Source: Salisapilia sapeloensis CBS 127946
Lineage: Eukaryota > Protista > Oomycota
Assembly: GCA_023334545.1 (NCBI GenBank)
Contig: JAADVB010000166.1
Span: 1 to 43,089 of the forward strand
Direction: 5' to 3'
Length of the DNA stretch: 43,089 nt
Of this stretch, positions 1 to 11,400 are shown one piece after another (positions within the stretch are counted from its first letter, which is position 1; every line of letters begins with the position of its first letter). A model generated the notes under the pieces. It worked only from the letters and a program-made list of their open reading frames with translations, made no database searches and was not told where the DNA came from. A program made the translations under genes and the position numbers.

Positions 1-1233
1 CACGCACAGGGTCGGTCAAGAATGCCTCGAAAACGTCGTTCATCCTGCTCTTCCTCCGATCCGATTGTTCATGTCCGGATCTAGTGACCAGGGTCAAAAT
101 ACCAAAAAACAAGTAGAAATACTAGAGTATCATGCAAATCGTAGATCAAAGCATGCCAGGATACCATTCAGGAGGTAAGTAGATAATGCATCATTAACAC
201 ATTGAAACTTGACCAACCTTGACATCTATCTATCCTGGATATGTAGTTGAGAAGAGTCCAGGTATGAAACATGAATTGTATTTTCTTCCGTTTAATCCTT
301 TTGGCAGCAGGACGGATGGATTCTAGCAGCATTTAACTTCCGCTTTTGACTTTCACGACCTAGTTTAGCAGGAGCTATGCGATAAACCTGTCTATCCTCC
401 ATGTCACTAAGCGCTTTAGAAAATTATATATGGTACTTTCCATAAGAAAATTACTCGGTGCTGCTCAAGTTCTTCCAGTGGTAACCTAGGCCTCCAGTTC
501 CATTGTCAGACTTTGCTTGGATGTATAGTTCCCTTCACTAACAACGGCGATTGCATCCACCAAATCGATCTTCATGGTGAGTACAGGCTTCTTTTGAGAC
601 TTTTGTATGGTTGTGCCAGCAGCATGGTTGACGGACAAGTAACCTTCCGATCTTCAATATGGATGTATTCCAACTATTGATCTTGTACTACGTGTAATAA
701 TGACTCGGAGCGACGACTTTGCAATTGCCATGTAATACTATTGCTTTCGTGAGCTTTTACACAGGCACTAGATAGATAGGAGGTGCGCTTTGTCCTTAAG
801 CTACTCGTGTGCATACAGGTTCCATCGTCGGACCTTTAGCTACATAACTTCGTGTGTGTTCCAGTAACCTTGAATGGCCCAGATTAGACGATTAAAAAGA
901 AATGTATTGCTTTTGCTTTACTCCCGAGAAAGATTGTTGATTTCATCGCGGAGCGCTTGTAGCGCCTCTCCGATTCCTCGATTTTGTCCGCAGTATGCGC
1001 GCTGTTCGTTGCCCCACGAAATGCGTCGGTGCTTTTGTTTATGACTCAGAAGAGGTGACACCATTTTGCCAGCAACCGCCGCTTAGGCTCTTGACGTCGC
1101 AATTCTTCCTGGCACATTTAGTTGACTCGAATACTCGTTTAATAATTTGGAGCTCCAAATCGCCCGCGTCAGTCGAAGACGCATCTTCGCGCCCGCCGAA
1201 CATTTTAGAGGAAATCGAAGTTTCCATAGACAT
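1..1233 (-). CDS. Probable multi-exon hypothetical protein, running off the left window edge; exon structure not resolved
   Basis: ATG-initiated ORF 1233-1039 (MSMETSISS...CARKNC...GGCWQ). Further short coding-like minus-strand segments (GEALQALRDEINNLSR; EGYLSVNH...PVLTMKIDLVDAIAVV; SRMNDVFEAFLTDPVR) are separated by candidate GT-AG introns. No family recognised. Confidence 0.3.
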
Positions 1234-1512
1234 TAGAATTTAAACACAATAAAATAATATTATCATTGCCTTGTCTTGAGCTTGTTTGTTCATAGAGCAA
1301 ATTCCGAAATGCAAAGGCTTTTAACTCGATGTTTGGTTGTTAGACTTTTACTTTCTGATCTCTAATTGCTTTAGAGAACATTGTCAGGTATCAATCACGC
1401 AACGATACCTTTAACTAGTGACTCGCTAGAAACTAACGGGTACGGATCAATAGCTGAAAAAAGATAAGCATAAACTCTACGAAGTGTCGGTCATACTGGA
1501 GCAATGGAAGGG

Positions 1513-1545
1513 ACCTAGTATCTAGTTTTAAACTAGATACTAGGT
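1513..1545. repeat. Perfect 16-bp inverted repeat with 1-nt spacer (33-bp palindrome)
   Basis: ACCTAGTATCTAGTTT (1513-1528), then T, then AAACTAGATACTAGGT (1530-1545). The arms are exact reverse complements. Confidence 0.95.
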
Positions 1546-2018
1546 AAAGAAGTCTTCCCGCGGATTGCATAGAACTGGATATGGTTGAAGTGGAGAGCGG
1601 CGAGTTTTAACGCATTGTCCTCTCGAACAGAATGCTGCTGGACCACATGTATAAGACGTATGAAAAGGGTTACAAGAAGTGGACAAGAAATGGGTCGAAA
1701 ATGATGCAGAGATCAAAGTAGAGCAGACACAACATGATTAGCATGTTTAGACAAATAGATGCCAAGCTTCTGCTCTACTCTTTCGAAGCATTCATGTTGG
1801 TCTTACTTGAGAAATAGCTGAAGAGATTGTGAATTTTCTTGCATCCAGCCTTGCATATTGGTAGCTGGAATGTCGATCATGTCATATCGTAACTCTTCTT
1901 TGCTCCAGACTGTGCCGATGTCTTCTGCAAACACTACTCGATACTTTCTAACCCATTGCCTCGATCGCTTGCTAGTACTTGGCCTACGGGAAGACAGAGT
2001 TTTATGTAGAAATTAATA

Positions 2019-2036
2019 CAATAAATACATTTATTG
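2019..2036. terminator. Candidate bidirectional polyadenylation signal
   Basis: CAATAAAT-AC-ATTTATTG gives AATAAA on + (2020-2025) and on - (2030-2035), in an AT-rich patch about 55 nt past the stop of the minus-strand vezatin-like gene. Confidence 0.45.
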
Positions 2037-2088
2037 CATGATATCTTTTCGATTTAGACTAGTGTGGAGACGGAGAAACGATTATTGA

Positions 2089-4126
2089 TTAAGCTTCAAA
2101 CATATCTCCTTCACTGCAACTTGTACGCATGCGGTCTGTATGCGATCGAAGAATAGTAGCAAGATCCATACCAGGAAACGCTTGCACTGGTTCACTCGTA
2201 TCCGCAGACTTCTCTTCTCTTGGTAGTATGTCATCATCCATGGACTTTACAACTTCTTTCCGACTTGTTTGGACTTGACGCATCTGCAATACATCCTACC
2301 GCATTCAGTTAGGACGATTTCCACACATATAGTGGTTGTAAATATTTATACCTGCAGCTCATCCATAAAGCGAGGCCCTGCAGTTCGTTCGTTCGTAGCA
2401 TCAACTAGTTGCTTTAAATCGAAACCGTCATCTCCAACACCCGTCGCAGTGAAAACGTACGTTGCGTCATCCTCTTCACCTTCAGGTTGAGCAACCTCTT
2501 CGTTTCTTCCATTTACCGTAGTTTTCTCTTCGACAGCATTTTCACTCGGCTTCATAACTCCCAGGTTACTGGTGCTATCACCCGTCGATAAACCTCGGAT
2601 TGTTCTGTCCAATTTCATCCAACTTGACTGCAGCTCTTGCACACTCTTTTCAACAAGTCCACGCTTCGCTTCCACCTTCGGCTTGCTCTTAGATGTCTGG
2701 TTAATGGCGAATAACAAAGAGGATAATGTATCGTTTGCCGTTTGTAAATCTGTCAACGCGTCGTCGAGTTCATTGTCATTGCTTTCACGTGTTTGTGTAG
2801 CTTGATGTGGTTCAGATCGCTTGCTCCGACTACAACGATCAAGGTATCGACCCAAAGGCCTGTCTACTTTTGCCAGAAGATCACAAACGCGATCGCTTTT
2901 CCATTTTGCCTTATGAAAGTTGGAAAAGAATGATGTCCATGTCGCCGTCTCCAAGTGAATGGACAGAATGCGTTTTACGTCCGACTGAAGCACTTCCACA
3001 ATATACTCCATTGTGTAGTTATGACGTTTACAAAGGGAAGATAGGAGCAAGGAAGGTAACATGCTTCGATCGTTGCTTTGCTTAATACGTACCTCCGACT
3101 CCTTATTATTGGTCAAGGCGTAAAGTGCATTGGACGTGTTTTCATTCACTTGATGGAGATATTTGCGAAGTGGGAGACATTCTAAATGAGTCGAAGATGT
3201 TTCCAAACGTAGGATTGGAGGTAAGTGTAACCCAACTTTATATCCTCTCGATGCAATCTCTGCGCTTTTAATCATTCGAATAGATTCGTTGAAATGCTCC
3301 TATATGCTGCTGAGAGACCCAGTTTATATGAAAGTTTATGCTTGTTCTTAAATACCTCAAAGGAGCGCTGTGAAGCTTCGACGGTGTGGATGGAAGTGAC
3401 GAGATGACGTGCAAGATAAATCGAATACTGCCGAGCTGCTTGCCAGACCTAAGTAGAATGCGTTACAGCAGAAAGGAAGGATTGAATGGATCAACGCACT
3501 AGTTCAACCAACGCGAGCAACAGAGTGGGCGTTAACACCAGTATCAAGATAACTGTGGATGCAGAAGGTGATGCAATCGTTTCACTCGTACTTGCTGCTG
3601 CTAGGACAACTACTAGTAAAGCCATCGTCCAGGTCATGCTTGCTGCGGGATAGAATAGCGTCCACACAATGGACTTAGATTGGACAAAGTCGTCTGGGTT
3701 TGCCCATAATAATGACTCGTCATCTCGGAGGACTGGACTACGAACAGATACGTTTCTAGTAACCGAGATTAGAATAAAGTAGCATGAGTCTTACCTCCAT
3801 GCATCTGACAATAAGTATTCTAGCGTCTGGACTACATCCTCATTAAGTGACTGAATGAGTCGTATGCGGAACCTTTGCCACTTGACTGTCCACTTATCGA
3901 TAGCGTCCGATGCGCTTTCGATTGCCGTGGGCTGTAGCGGATGCGATACACAAGATGAGCGCACACAAGTCGCATTTTCGTCCAATTCTATGAGTTTAGC
4001 TAGTATTTAAAGCACACAGACGATGCCATCGCAACACATACCCTGGAGATACTGCCCTAACTGTGAATCGCTCGATACAATCGGCTGCAGCATGTCGAAG
4101 CGGTCGTTAGTGTCCGATTGGTACAT
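2089..4126 (-). CDS. VEZT: Vezatin-like membrane protein (multi-exon)
   Basis: Spliced model starts MYQSDTNDRFDMLQPIVSSDSQLGQYLQ (ATG 4126, GTATGT donor), resembling the vezatin N-terminal 'SPLYQYLQ' motif. Two hydrophobic segments follow (MTWTMALLVVVLAAAS, TVILILVLTPTLLLALVEL), then FNESIRMIKSAEIASRGYKVGLHLPPILRLE, matching the vezatin motif LIQEVELVSRGY...LPPISRLE. Main exon is ORF 2346-3275; last exon ends at 2089. Confidence 0.75.
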
Positions 4127-4435
4127 TTCGGGTACGGCCCATTCACCAATCAAGCTCCATCATTCGCTCATTCAGTGCAACGTTTTTATTCAACAAATCA
4201 TAAGCTATACTCTTGAATTGTTTCATTCTTAAATCAGTGGCAGTATTGTCGTACATTCATGCAACCATCCGAACATCGATCGACTCGATTGACCAGTATC
4301 GAGCCTCTACTACCGCCCTCTAGGTGCATTTCCACTAGCAACTTGACTCCATTCATCTCGCTAACCGATCTGTATCACCTACACACTTCCTATGTCCAAA
4401 ATGAAAACTCCAGACTCCTACATAACGTTAAAAGA

Positions 4436-5566
4436 ATGGCGACGGAGCCTGGGCGACCAGTTTCAATCGATGCGGAGCAAGACGAGTGGGAAAGAGCTGA
4501 TGTACAACTACCAGCCAGTAGCAATGGTAATGTCGACCAAGCTGCGCGTATACTGAACCGCTTGGAGCTGAACACGACACCCATGCGACCTCCTCCAGCA
4601 CAAGACGGCGGATTCTACGACCCCGAAAGCTTCCATCGCGGCCCAGCATCGTCGTCCATGGACTCTGTGCTGCTTACAAGTCTCGAAAACCCTCGTGACC
4701 GGATGACTGTACTTAAATTCGAGGACCAGATCGTCCGATTCATCCAAAACCAAAGGTACTTCCTCTATTGAATCTCCTCTCTTCCTCTTCCTGACGCTTG
4801 CTAGCACGATGCAACTTTTGTTTCCTCCACTATCATCCTACCACCGTCTTCTCGTCCATCGACTAGCGGAGCGATGTCATCTGGACCATCACACTGCGGA
4901 TGCCAATCCCTATGCAGTACACTTATCCATTACCTCCACCTCGCTTGGTCTTACATGTCTTCGTAGAGTTATGACACGACGAGTCGGAACGTCACGCTGT
5001 ACAGGACACCAGACACGTCCATTCCGTCAACCTTACTCATCCACTTGTCGACACCATCGACGCCATCCTCTACACCGTCGTCAGCTCCGAAAATCATGAT
5101 GCGAAAGCGACCGACGGGGAAACAAAAGAAAGAAAAAGTGAACCAGAAGAAAGATGATTCCAAGACCAATCGGACGATACAGGATCGAGAGAAAGCGTAT
5201 GCTGAAGCACGCGCTCGGATCTTTGGAGACGATGTGCCAGACGCATCGAAGCAGGCGGAAGGACATTCGGAAGAGTGGAAACAAAGTCGAGCGCTGTATC
5301 GGAATCGGGAGGAAGAGATGAACGACCCGGACTTTACGCGTCGAGACGATCTCTATCGTCGACAACCGATGCTACCACCTCAGGTCCAGTACCCACCTCG
5401 ATACCCCGACTCGGACACGTACGCTACAAATGCGATACCTCCTCCAGACTGGATACATCGGGACTTGACACCCCAGGCACGATCTCGGATGGATGATCGG
5501 GAGCGACAAACGACTAGTCCGAATGTCGGGACATATGATGATGCATTTCCTCCTCTAGGCAAGTAA
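4436..5566 (+). CDS. R3H- and SUZ-domain RNA-binding protein (R3HDM/Encore-like), 3 exons
   Basis: ATG 4436; first intron 4756-4804. LENPRDRMTVLKFEDQI...FPPLSSYHRLLVHRLAERCHLDH is the R3H domain (R-x3-H). KIMMRKRP...RTIQDREKAYAEARARIFG is the SUZ domain. C-terminus YDDAFPPLGK. Confidence 0.85.
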
Positions 5567-5677
5567 AACAAGAACATGGATTTTGATCCGAAAGAACAAT
5601 AAATAGGGTTCCTTTCGTCAGCTTTTAATTTCCTATACATGACGTCAGTCATCCACTCTTGAAAGAGAAAGAGTAGT

Positions 5678-6885
5678 TCAAGTACTCTTTCGCTTCAATC
5701 CTTTCCGTCGTCGATCTTCCATCTCCTGACGTTGACACATATCCAAGTACTGTCCTTCGACCGTATCAGCATCCGTTATCCTTCCCTCCCTATCGACAGC
5801 ATGTAAGACGAAGATAAGGTCAAGAGAATACGCAACTACCTTTGGAGACGAGACTGCAAGGTTCGTTTGTGCGCGTTCGTACTCTCCACTTGACGTCTGT
5901 AAGATTCCTGTATCTCTTGTATCTCGAACAACAGTTCGTCTAGTGGAAAGTGGTGTATCGTGTATCGCCCCGACGTCTCTTCTTTCGTCGGGCCCGACTC
6001 TTTCCAATGCGTGGAGATGCATTTATCATGCAACAGCGTACGCATCTCGTCCTCGTCTATCGAAAGCGTCTCTTTCGTCGGCTTGAGAGGTGCAGAAGAG
6101 TTATCCTTTGTCTTTATAAGACTAGAGGACGATAGATTCGTGTCTATTTTATATTTGAATCGGTGGATTGACAAGTGGACAAGAGGCAAGGTACCTTCCA
6201 ATTGAAGACGAGGGTCGTTGGAGCATACTGGATAAAAGTACGAATAAACGTACAGATAATTCCACAAGCCTCTCGTAGTAGGCGGTGTTTCTAGTACGAT
6301 ACGAATAAAATGCATCCAAGAGGAGAGTAACAAGAGACTGCAGTACCGACAGACAAGTCGTTTGACACCATTTGTGCGACTTCTTCATCTTTTAACGGGT
6401 TCTCCCGTAGTTTCATTGCTCTCGATGTTGCAGATTCACCTGTCTCATTGCTCGTTTCCAACGATACGTTCTTATTGACAATAGTCGGGTCGTGCATCAA
6501 TTCCTTTTCAATGCTCGAAGTTGATACGGTCTCTAACGTGGCTTTAGGGAAGACGGTGGAAGCATTGCCATCGAGGTAGTCGCTCACGGCAACCAGTCGA
6601 CTTTCCAAGTCGGCCAATTGCGCTTCCACCTCTTGCTCGCCTTGCTAATAATGCACTTCGATGGTGAAAATGGAAATAAAGTGGTACGCAAATGGACCTT
6701 TGTACCTGCAATTCGTCGATTAAATGGGTGACGGAAGTTTTCTGATTGGGATCGAGTCCGCCAGGGGTCTCACACACACGGCTCACTTCATTAAAGTACT
6801 GGCATTGGACCCATGGAAGCCGCAATCGACGCTCCATCATTTCCCGCTTGTCTTGCATGGTTTTATCCTGCGATGTACGTAGCAT
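5678..6885 (-). CDS. Multi-exon protein, tentatively ADA3/NGG1-like (SAGA HAT module)
   Basis: ORFs 6544-6885, 6291-6629, 5836-6333 and 5678-6022 join in frame through 50-60 nt GT-AG introns. Coiled N-terminus (IDELQQGEQEVEAQLADLESRL), aromatic motif LWNYLYVYSYF, and C-terminal PLDELLFEIQEIQESYRRQVESTNAHKRTL...basic tail recall the Ada3 'DDEIL.EL..Q..L......N' region. The gene is well supported; the family call is weak. Confidence 0.45.
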
Positions 6886-7048
6886 CGTAACAGCTACACT
6901 TCAGTTAAATCATTTCTATCCCAATTGCTATCGTTCCCGCCACCTTATTCAAATTTGATTCGCTTTCCGCAAATTCACGGCTTCTTATTGGCGAATAGAC
7001 CTTGGCCACGAACTACCGTTCAGAATCACTTTCGACAGACAGAAGAGA

Positions 7049-8410
7049 ATGCCAAGAGGGAAAGCTGATCGAACGCTCACGGTCGGCAAGAAGCTCGAGA
7101 TACTCGATGAAGCTGAACGGACGGGACAGTTGGCTGTAACTGCCAATAAATACAACGTGAAACCAGGCCAATTGCGAGATTGGAAGCGAAACGAGCAAAA
7201 ATTACGCGCAACCGACCCATCTCGACTCGTCTGTGCGAGCAACGTCCAGCGTGGTCACTTGGTATTTAATGAATCATACGCACAATATTGGGTCGGGTAC
7301 AACAAATTTTGCTCGAAAAACCTTGAAACGGAATCACTTGAACATCAGCTCCAGTTACTATGGAAAGACTGTTGTCGCGATGGCATTCGTACGATAAACG
7401 CTTTGTTCCTCCAAAGGCCAATTGTACTCATCATGTAATCTAGAATGGGGTAATTATCCCACCGAAATCGATCCTACAGCCAAGCATGAGCTTGAGTTTC
7501 CAGACCACAGTACGTACAAGTACCGTATCGGATAACTCGTAAGAAATAATAATTATATGACTACTAGCGTCCATGATCGTCCCGGACGACGTCACGGAAG
7601 AATTAAAAAAGGATCTTACGAACATGCGGGAGGAGCTCGCCCAATTCTTTGACCAACAACCGTTCCCGACAAAGTACTTGTACTATGTCACTCGTCTCGA
7701 CTATGTGAAACCCAATCCAGACGAAGATGAAGAAGAGGAGGAAGGAGAGCGAGAGGTGTCAATTAACGACATCCTCTCCTTCTACGTCGCTGTCTGCTTC
7801 AATGGTTCTGTCATGGCGCCCATGGCCATTTTCCCACCGGTCGAGCCGGAGCATTGGGAGCGAAAGAAAACCATCAAGCTCCGTCATGCCCATTCGATGC
7901 ATCGGGAGAAATTCAATGACCCCAACGAAGCGCTCCAGTTTTTCTCGACGGTACGAACCTTTGGTATAGTAGAATCTAGTCGTGTCGTAACCCTTGTACT
8001 TGTAGACATGGAAAAAATATTACGATGAAGAAGCTCGATACAGTGATAAATTCGCTTTCCTACTGGACAAGAGCGTGCCTGAATTCTCTTCAGATGAATT
8101 TGTACATGGTGTAAGTCAGTTGGACGGGTATGACAAGTACTGGAAAACATTCACGACGTTGCAACAACCATTGAAAATGGCCCATTTCGAAGATATCATG
8201 AACGACTTTGTCACGGGCGAATGGAACACCGTGTTAGGTATGAAAAAGTCGGCGCAGCCGAATGATTATCGCAAGTGCGTTGCCTTTTGGTTCTTTACTG
8301 TATGGGAAATGTTTGCCGGTGAAAACGCTCGGATCGCGCTTAGGAATTGCAACATGTATCTCGAGCCGAAAGATCAATGGCGAAACACTGTCATGGGCCA
8401 AGATCTGTAG
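7049..8410 (+). CDS. pogo/Tigger (CENP-B-like) transposase-derived protein, intact 4-exon ORF of about 397 aa, degenerate DDE triad, probably domesticated
   Basis: Exons 7049-7388, 7444-7509, 7568-7950 and 8006-8410 splice in frame. Introns are 55, 58 and 55 nt, all GTACG...TAG. N-terminal HTH: RTLTVGKKLEILDEAERTGQLAVTANKYNVKPGQLRDWKRNEQKL. DDE_1-type landmarks: ILSFYVAVCFNGSVMAPMAIFP, FAFLLDKS, TTLQQPLKM, RKCVAFWFFTVWEMFAGENARIALRNCNM. Confidence 0.8.
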
Positions 8411-8443
8411 CACAGATCAAAGCATAAACAAGTTAAAAAGTGA

Positions 8444-11400
8444 TCATTCTGCTTCCTCCTCTTCCTCTTCTTCTTCTTCTACGTCTTCTTCACTCTCCTC
8501 TTCGCTTTCGTCACCTTCATCACCCGAGTCGAGAGGAGGAAAGTAGGCACTAGCCATCGTAGTGAGTAGCTGAGAAGCTCGTTGACTATCAGCGTCACGG
8601 GTGCGGAGCTTATTCGCAGCAACAAAGTCGAAATCACCAAGAGATAGTTTGCCAAACAATTCATCGACCTTTGTATCGAGCTTGGATAGCTCATCGGCAT
8701 TTGATCCGGCAGAGTCGATGGCAACGACTAACTTTTGACCTAGATACAGCTTACTTATGTCGTTAATGCCGTTCCATTCCATCAATTGCTTTGTACTTGT
8801 GCGATAGCGCATGGATAATGATTTCAGTGTTTCTCCTGGACCGAGGAGATGATACTTCTTTTTGTCTGATCCTAACGATGTTTGTATCTGCCAATACCAA
8901 AGACGAAGACACCCGTCAGACATCGCTGTAAAAATCCGTTGGTGATCGAGTTGTACATCGATGACGCTAGGGACATTGGAGTCTCCGATAGAAAGCGTTT
9001 GAAGTAGTTGACCGGTGGCAAAGTCCGTGACGCAAAGACTGCCATTGACACCTCCGCTGACGATGCAAGTTGCATCGAATTGGAGACACGTGATGGCACA
9101 TGTGTGACTTGGACACGCTCGAAGAAATTTGTGATGCATCTCAAGGTTCCAGATACACAGAACACCAGCACTATCTCCACTAACAATTTCACTACCAGCT
9201 TGTCGAATGCAAGTAATTGCGTCTCTGTGTGCCATTTCCAATCGATCATCTGCCTTATTCCTGTATTGAAGGCTGTGAATTGCTTTCCCACTACGTCGAC
9301 GATTCTTACCAACGGCGTCGGCAATACTCCATACCTTGACGCAGTGATCTGCACCTCCAGTGGTAATGGAATTCATGATGCTGTTCACAATGATAGATAG
9401 CACCGAACCTTCATGTGCCGAGATAAGTCTTGACAATAACCTGCAGCTGATCGCATCATAAATAAATACATCCTGATCTGAGCATCCGCATGCAAACCAG
9501 TTATCATCTGCAGCAATGCATACGACCGTAGCGTCAAAGTCATCAAGTAACTTTACCAGTTTGAGAAATGAGCCACCAATCACTCCATCCATAATGTCCC
9601 ATACACCTACTTTTGGCTCGACAGATCCAGAGTAAATTCGGTTACCGTAGCAACAAAGACTTGTAATCTCTTTTGCATGACCTACACGCGGCCCGAGCGG
9701 CTGTGGGCGATGGTCTCCAAGTCCTTGGGAAAGGCACGCACCGGTAAGTAGATCATAGAGGTATACAGTTGACCCAGCGGACATTGCACAGATAGAACTT
9801 CCATGACTGGCCATACCGACGACATTTCGCAAAGCTTGATTTATGTAATTGAATTGGAAGCAACGCAACGATTCTTTTGCTCGCATCCGCTTCATTAACG
9901 TACCAGTCTCTACCTTTAATTCCATTTCATATTCCTCGATGCTGTCCTGATGGTTTCTGATGCGCACTCGAGCATTCACAATGTCCCTTTCAATCATCTC
10001 ACCACCGACTTTGACACTTCCCATCAGCTTTCCAAGTTTCTTCTTGAAATCCTGCACTTCGTATCGAACAGTAGACCCATTTATAATGGTCGAATCAACT
10101 TGCGCCGAGTCCGATGCTAGCGCTCGTTTTAAATCTGCTTCACCTTGTTTTAAGACCAATTCCTTTTCCTTTCGAAGTTTACTCAGGCTTTCAATACGCA
10201 TCTGTTCCTCCCGAATGTGAAATTGGAGTTTAATTCGTTCTTGTCGAAGTTTCGGGACGGCCGGACCAACCCGTTCGAGTCGAATTTCCAATGCCGGCAC
10301 TGCTCCTGCCCCGACCAGTTGCTTTTGCAAGCGTGCCAAATGTTCATTCGCGTCGGCCAACTTTAGCTGAATAGCATGCTCAAGGTTGTCTGCAAAGACT
10401 TTACTCCTAGCTTCCATATCGGCCTCCTCCAAGGCATTGTAAACATCCGCCATTCCTCGATGGGTTGCTACTTGGCCTGGAACGCTGTCGCAGGCTTCAA
10501 ATTGCGCCATTGCTTTTTCATATTTCTCGAGTGATTTCTTGTACGAGTTTTGAGCGAAGTAGACACGCCCTTGGTGATACAATGCCCAGCCAATATCTTC
10601 CTCATCAGCTTCTTGGGATGCGTTCTCAGCTCGATTAAACATGATAAACGCCTGATCGAGTTGCTTCTGACTGTAAAATGCTTTGCCAGCGTTTAACAGT
10701 ACTTGGACGTATACTTTCGTGTCCATCTCAGCCAGGCAAGTATCATCCGATAAAAGGTATCGATATTTCATGAGTGCGTTCGTCACATCTCCTACTTCGA
10801 ATCGTGCATCTGCTTCTCGAATGAGACGTTGGAAAGGTTGCTCATAGATACTAGAACCCGTCGTTTGTTTCCTCGTTCCGTCGCTTGTGTAGACCAGTGC
10901 TTGCATATTTGACGCTGTCGTTTGTATTTCCTGTAAGACATCATGCACTTGGTAGATCATGTCTGTGCGTTCATGTACTATCTGAGCCAACTTATGTGTA
11001 CCAATTCCACCTCCCTTTGGATCTAGCTGTTTGCTAAATGCCTTCCAGCGCTGGAAACCTGTGTGAAGATATCGATTCACGTAACGTTTCAAGGCTGGTG
11101 TGACTTTTGCACGAATGTATTTCCTCCGATCACGATGCTCTACCCAAGCTTGGAAGGCTCGAAAGACGGATGCAAGTCGTATACGTTGTATGAACGATGC
11201 GATGCCCAAAGTGTCAATAGGAGGTGGATGCGGGTCCTTTTCAAACTTGGCTAGTGCCTCTTCACGTTCTTGCAACTGAACAAGAAGCTTCTCTTGACGC
11301 TTCTTGTCCCCGATAAGAAGGTTTTGCACCGTCACAATCTCTGCTTTTGCATCCACAATATACAGTCTTTCAATCTCAATCTCATCAATTAAGGCGTCAA

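Noticed and set aside
6886-8443. Active pogo transposon
   Set aside because: No terminal inverted repeats or room for them (163 bp and 33 bp flanks), host-type introns, and two of three catalytic Asp positions replaced.
8444-8545. (TCT/TCC)n simple repeat
   Set aside because: It is the reverse complement of the Glu/Asp-rich C-terminal tail of the 1555-aa protein, not an independent element.
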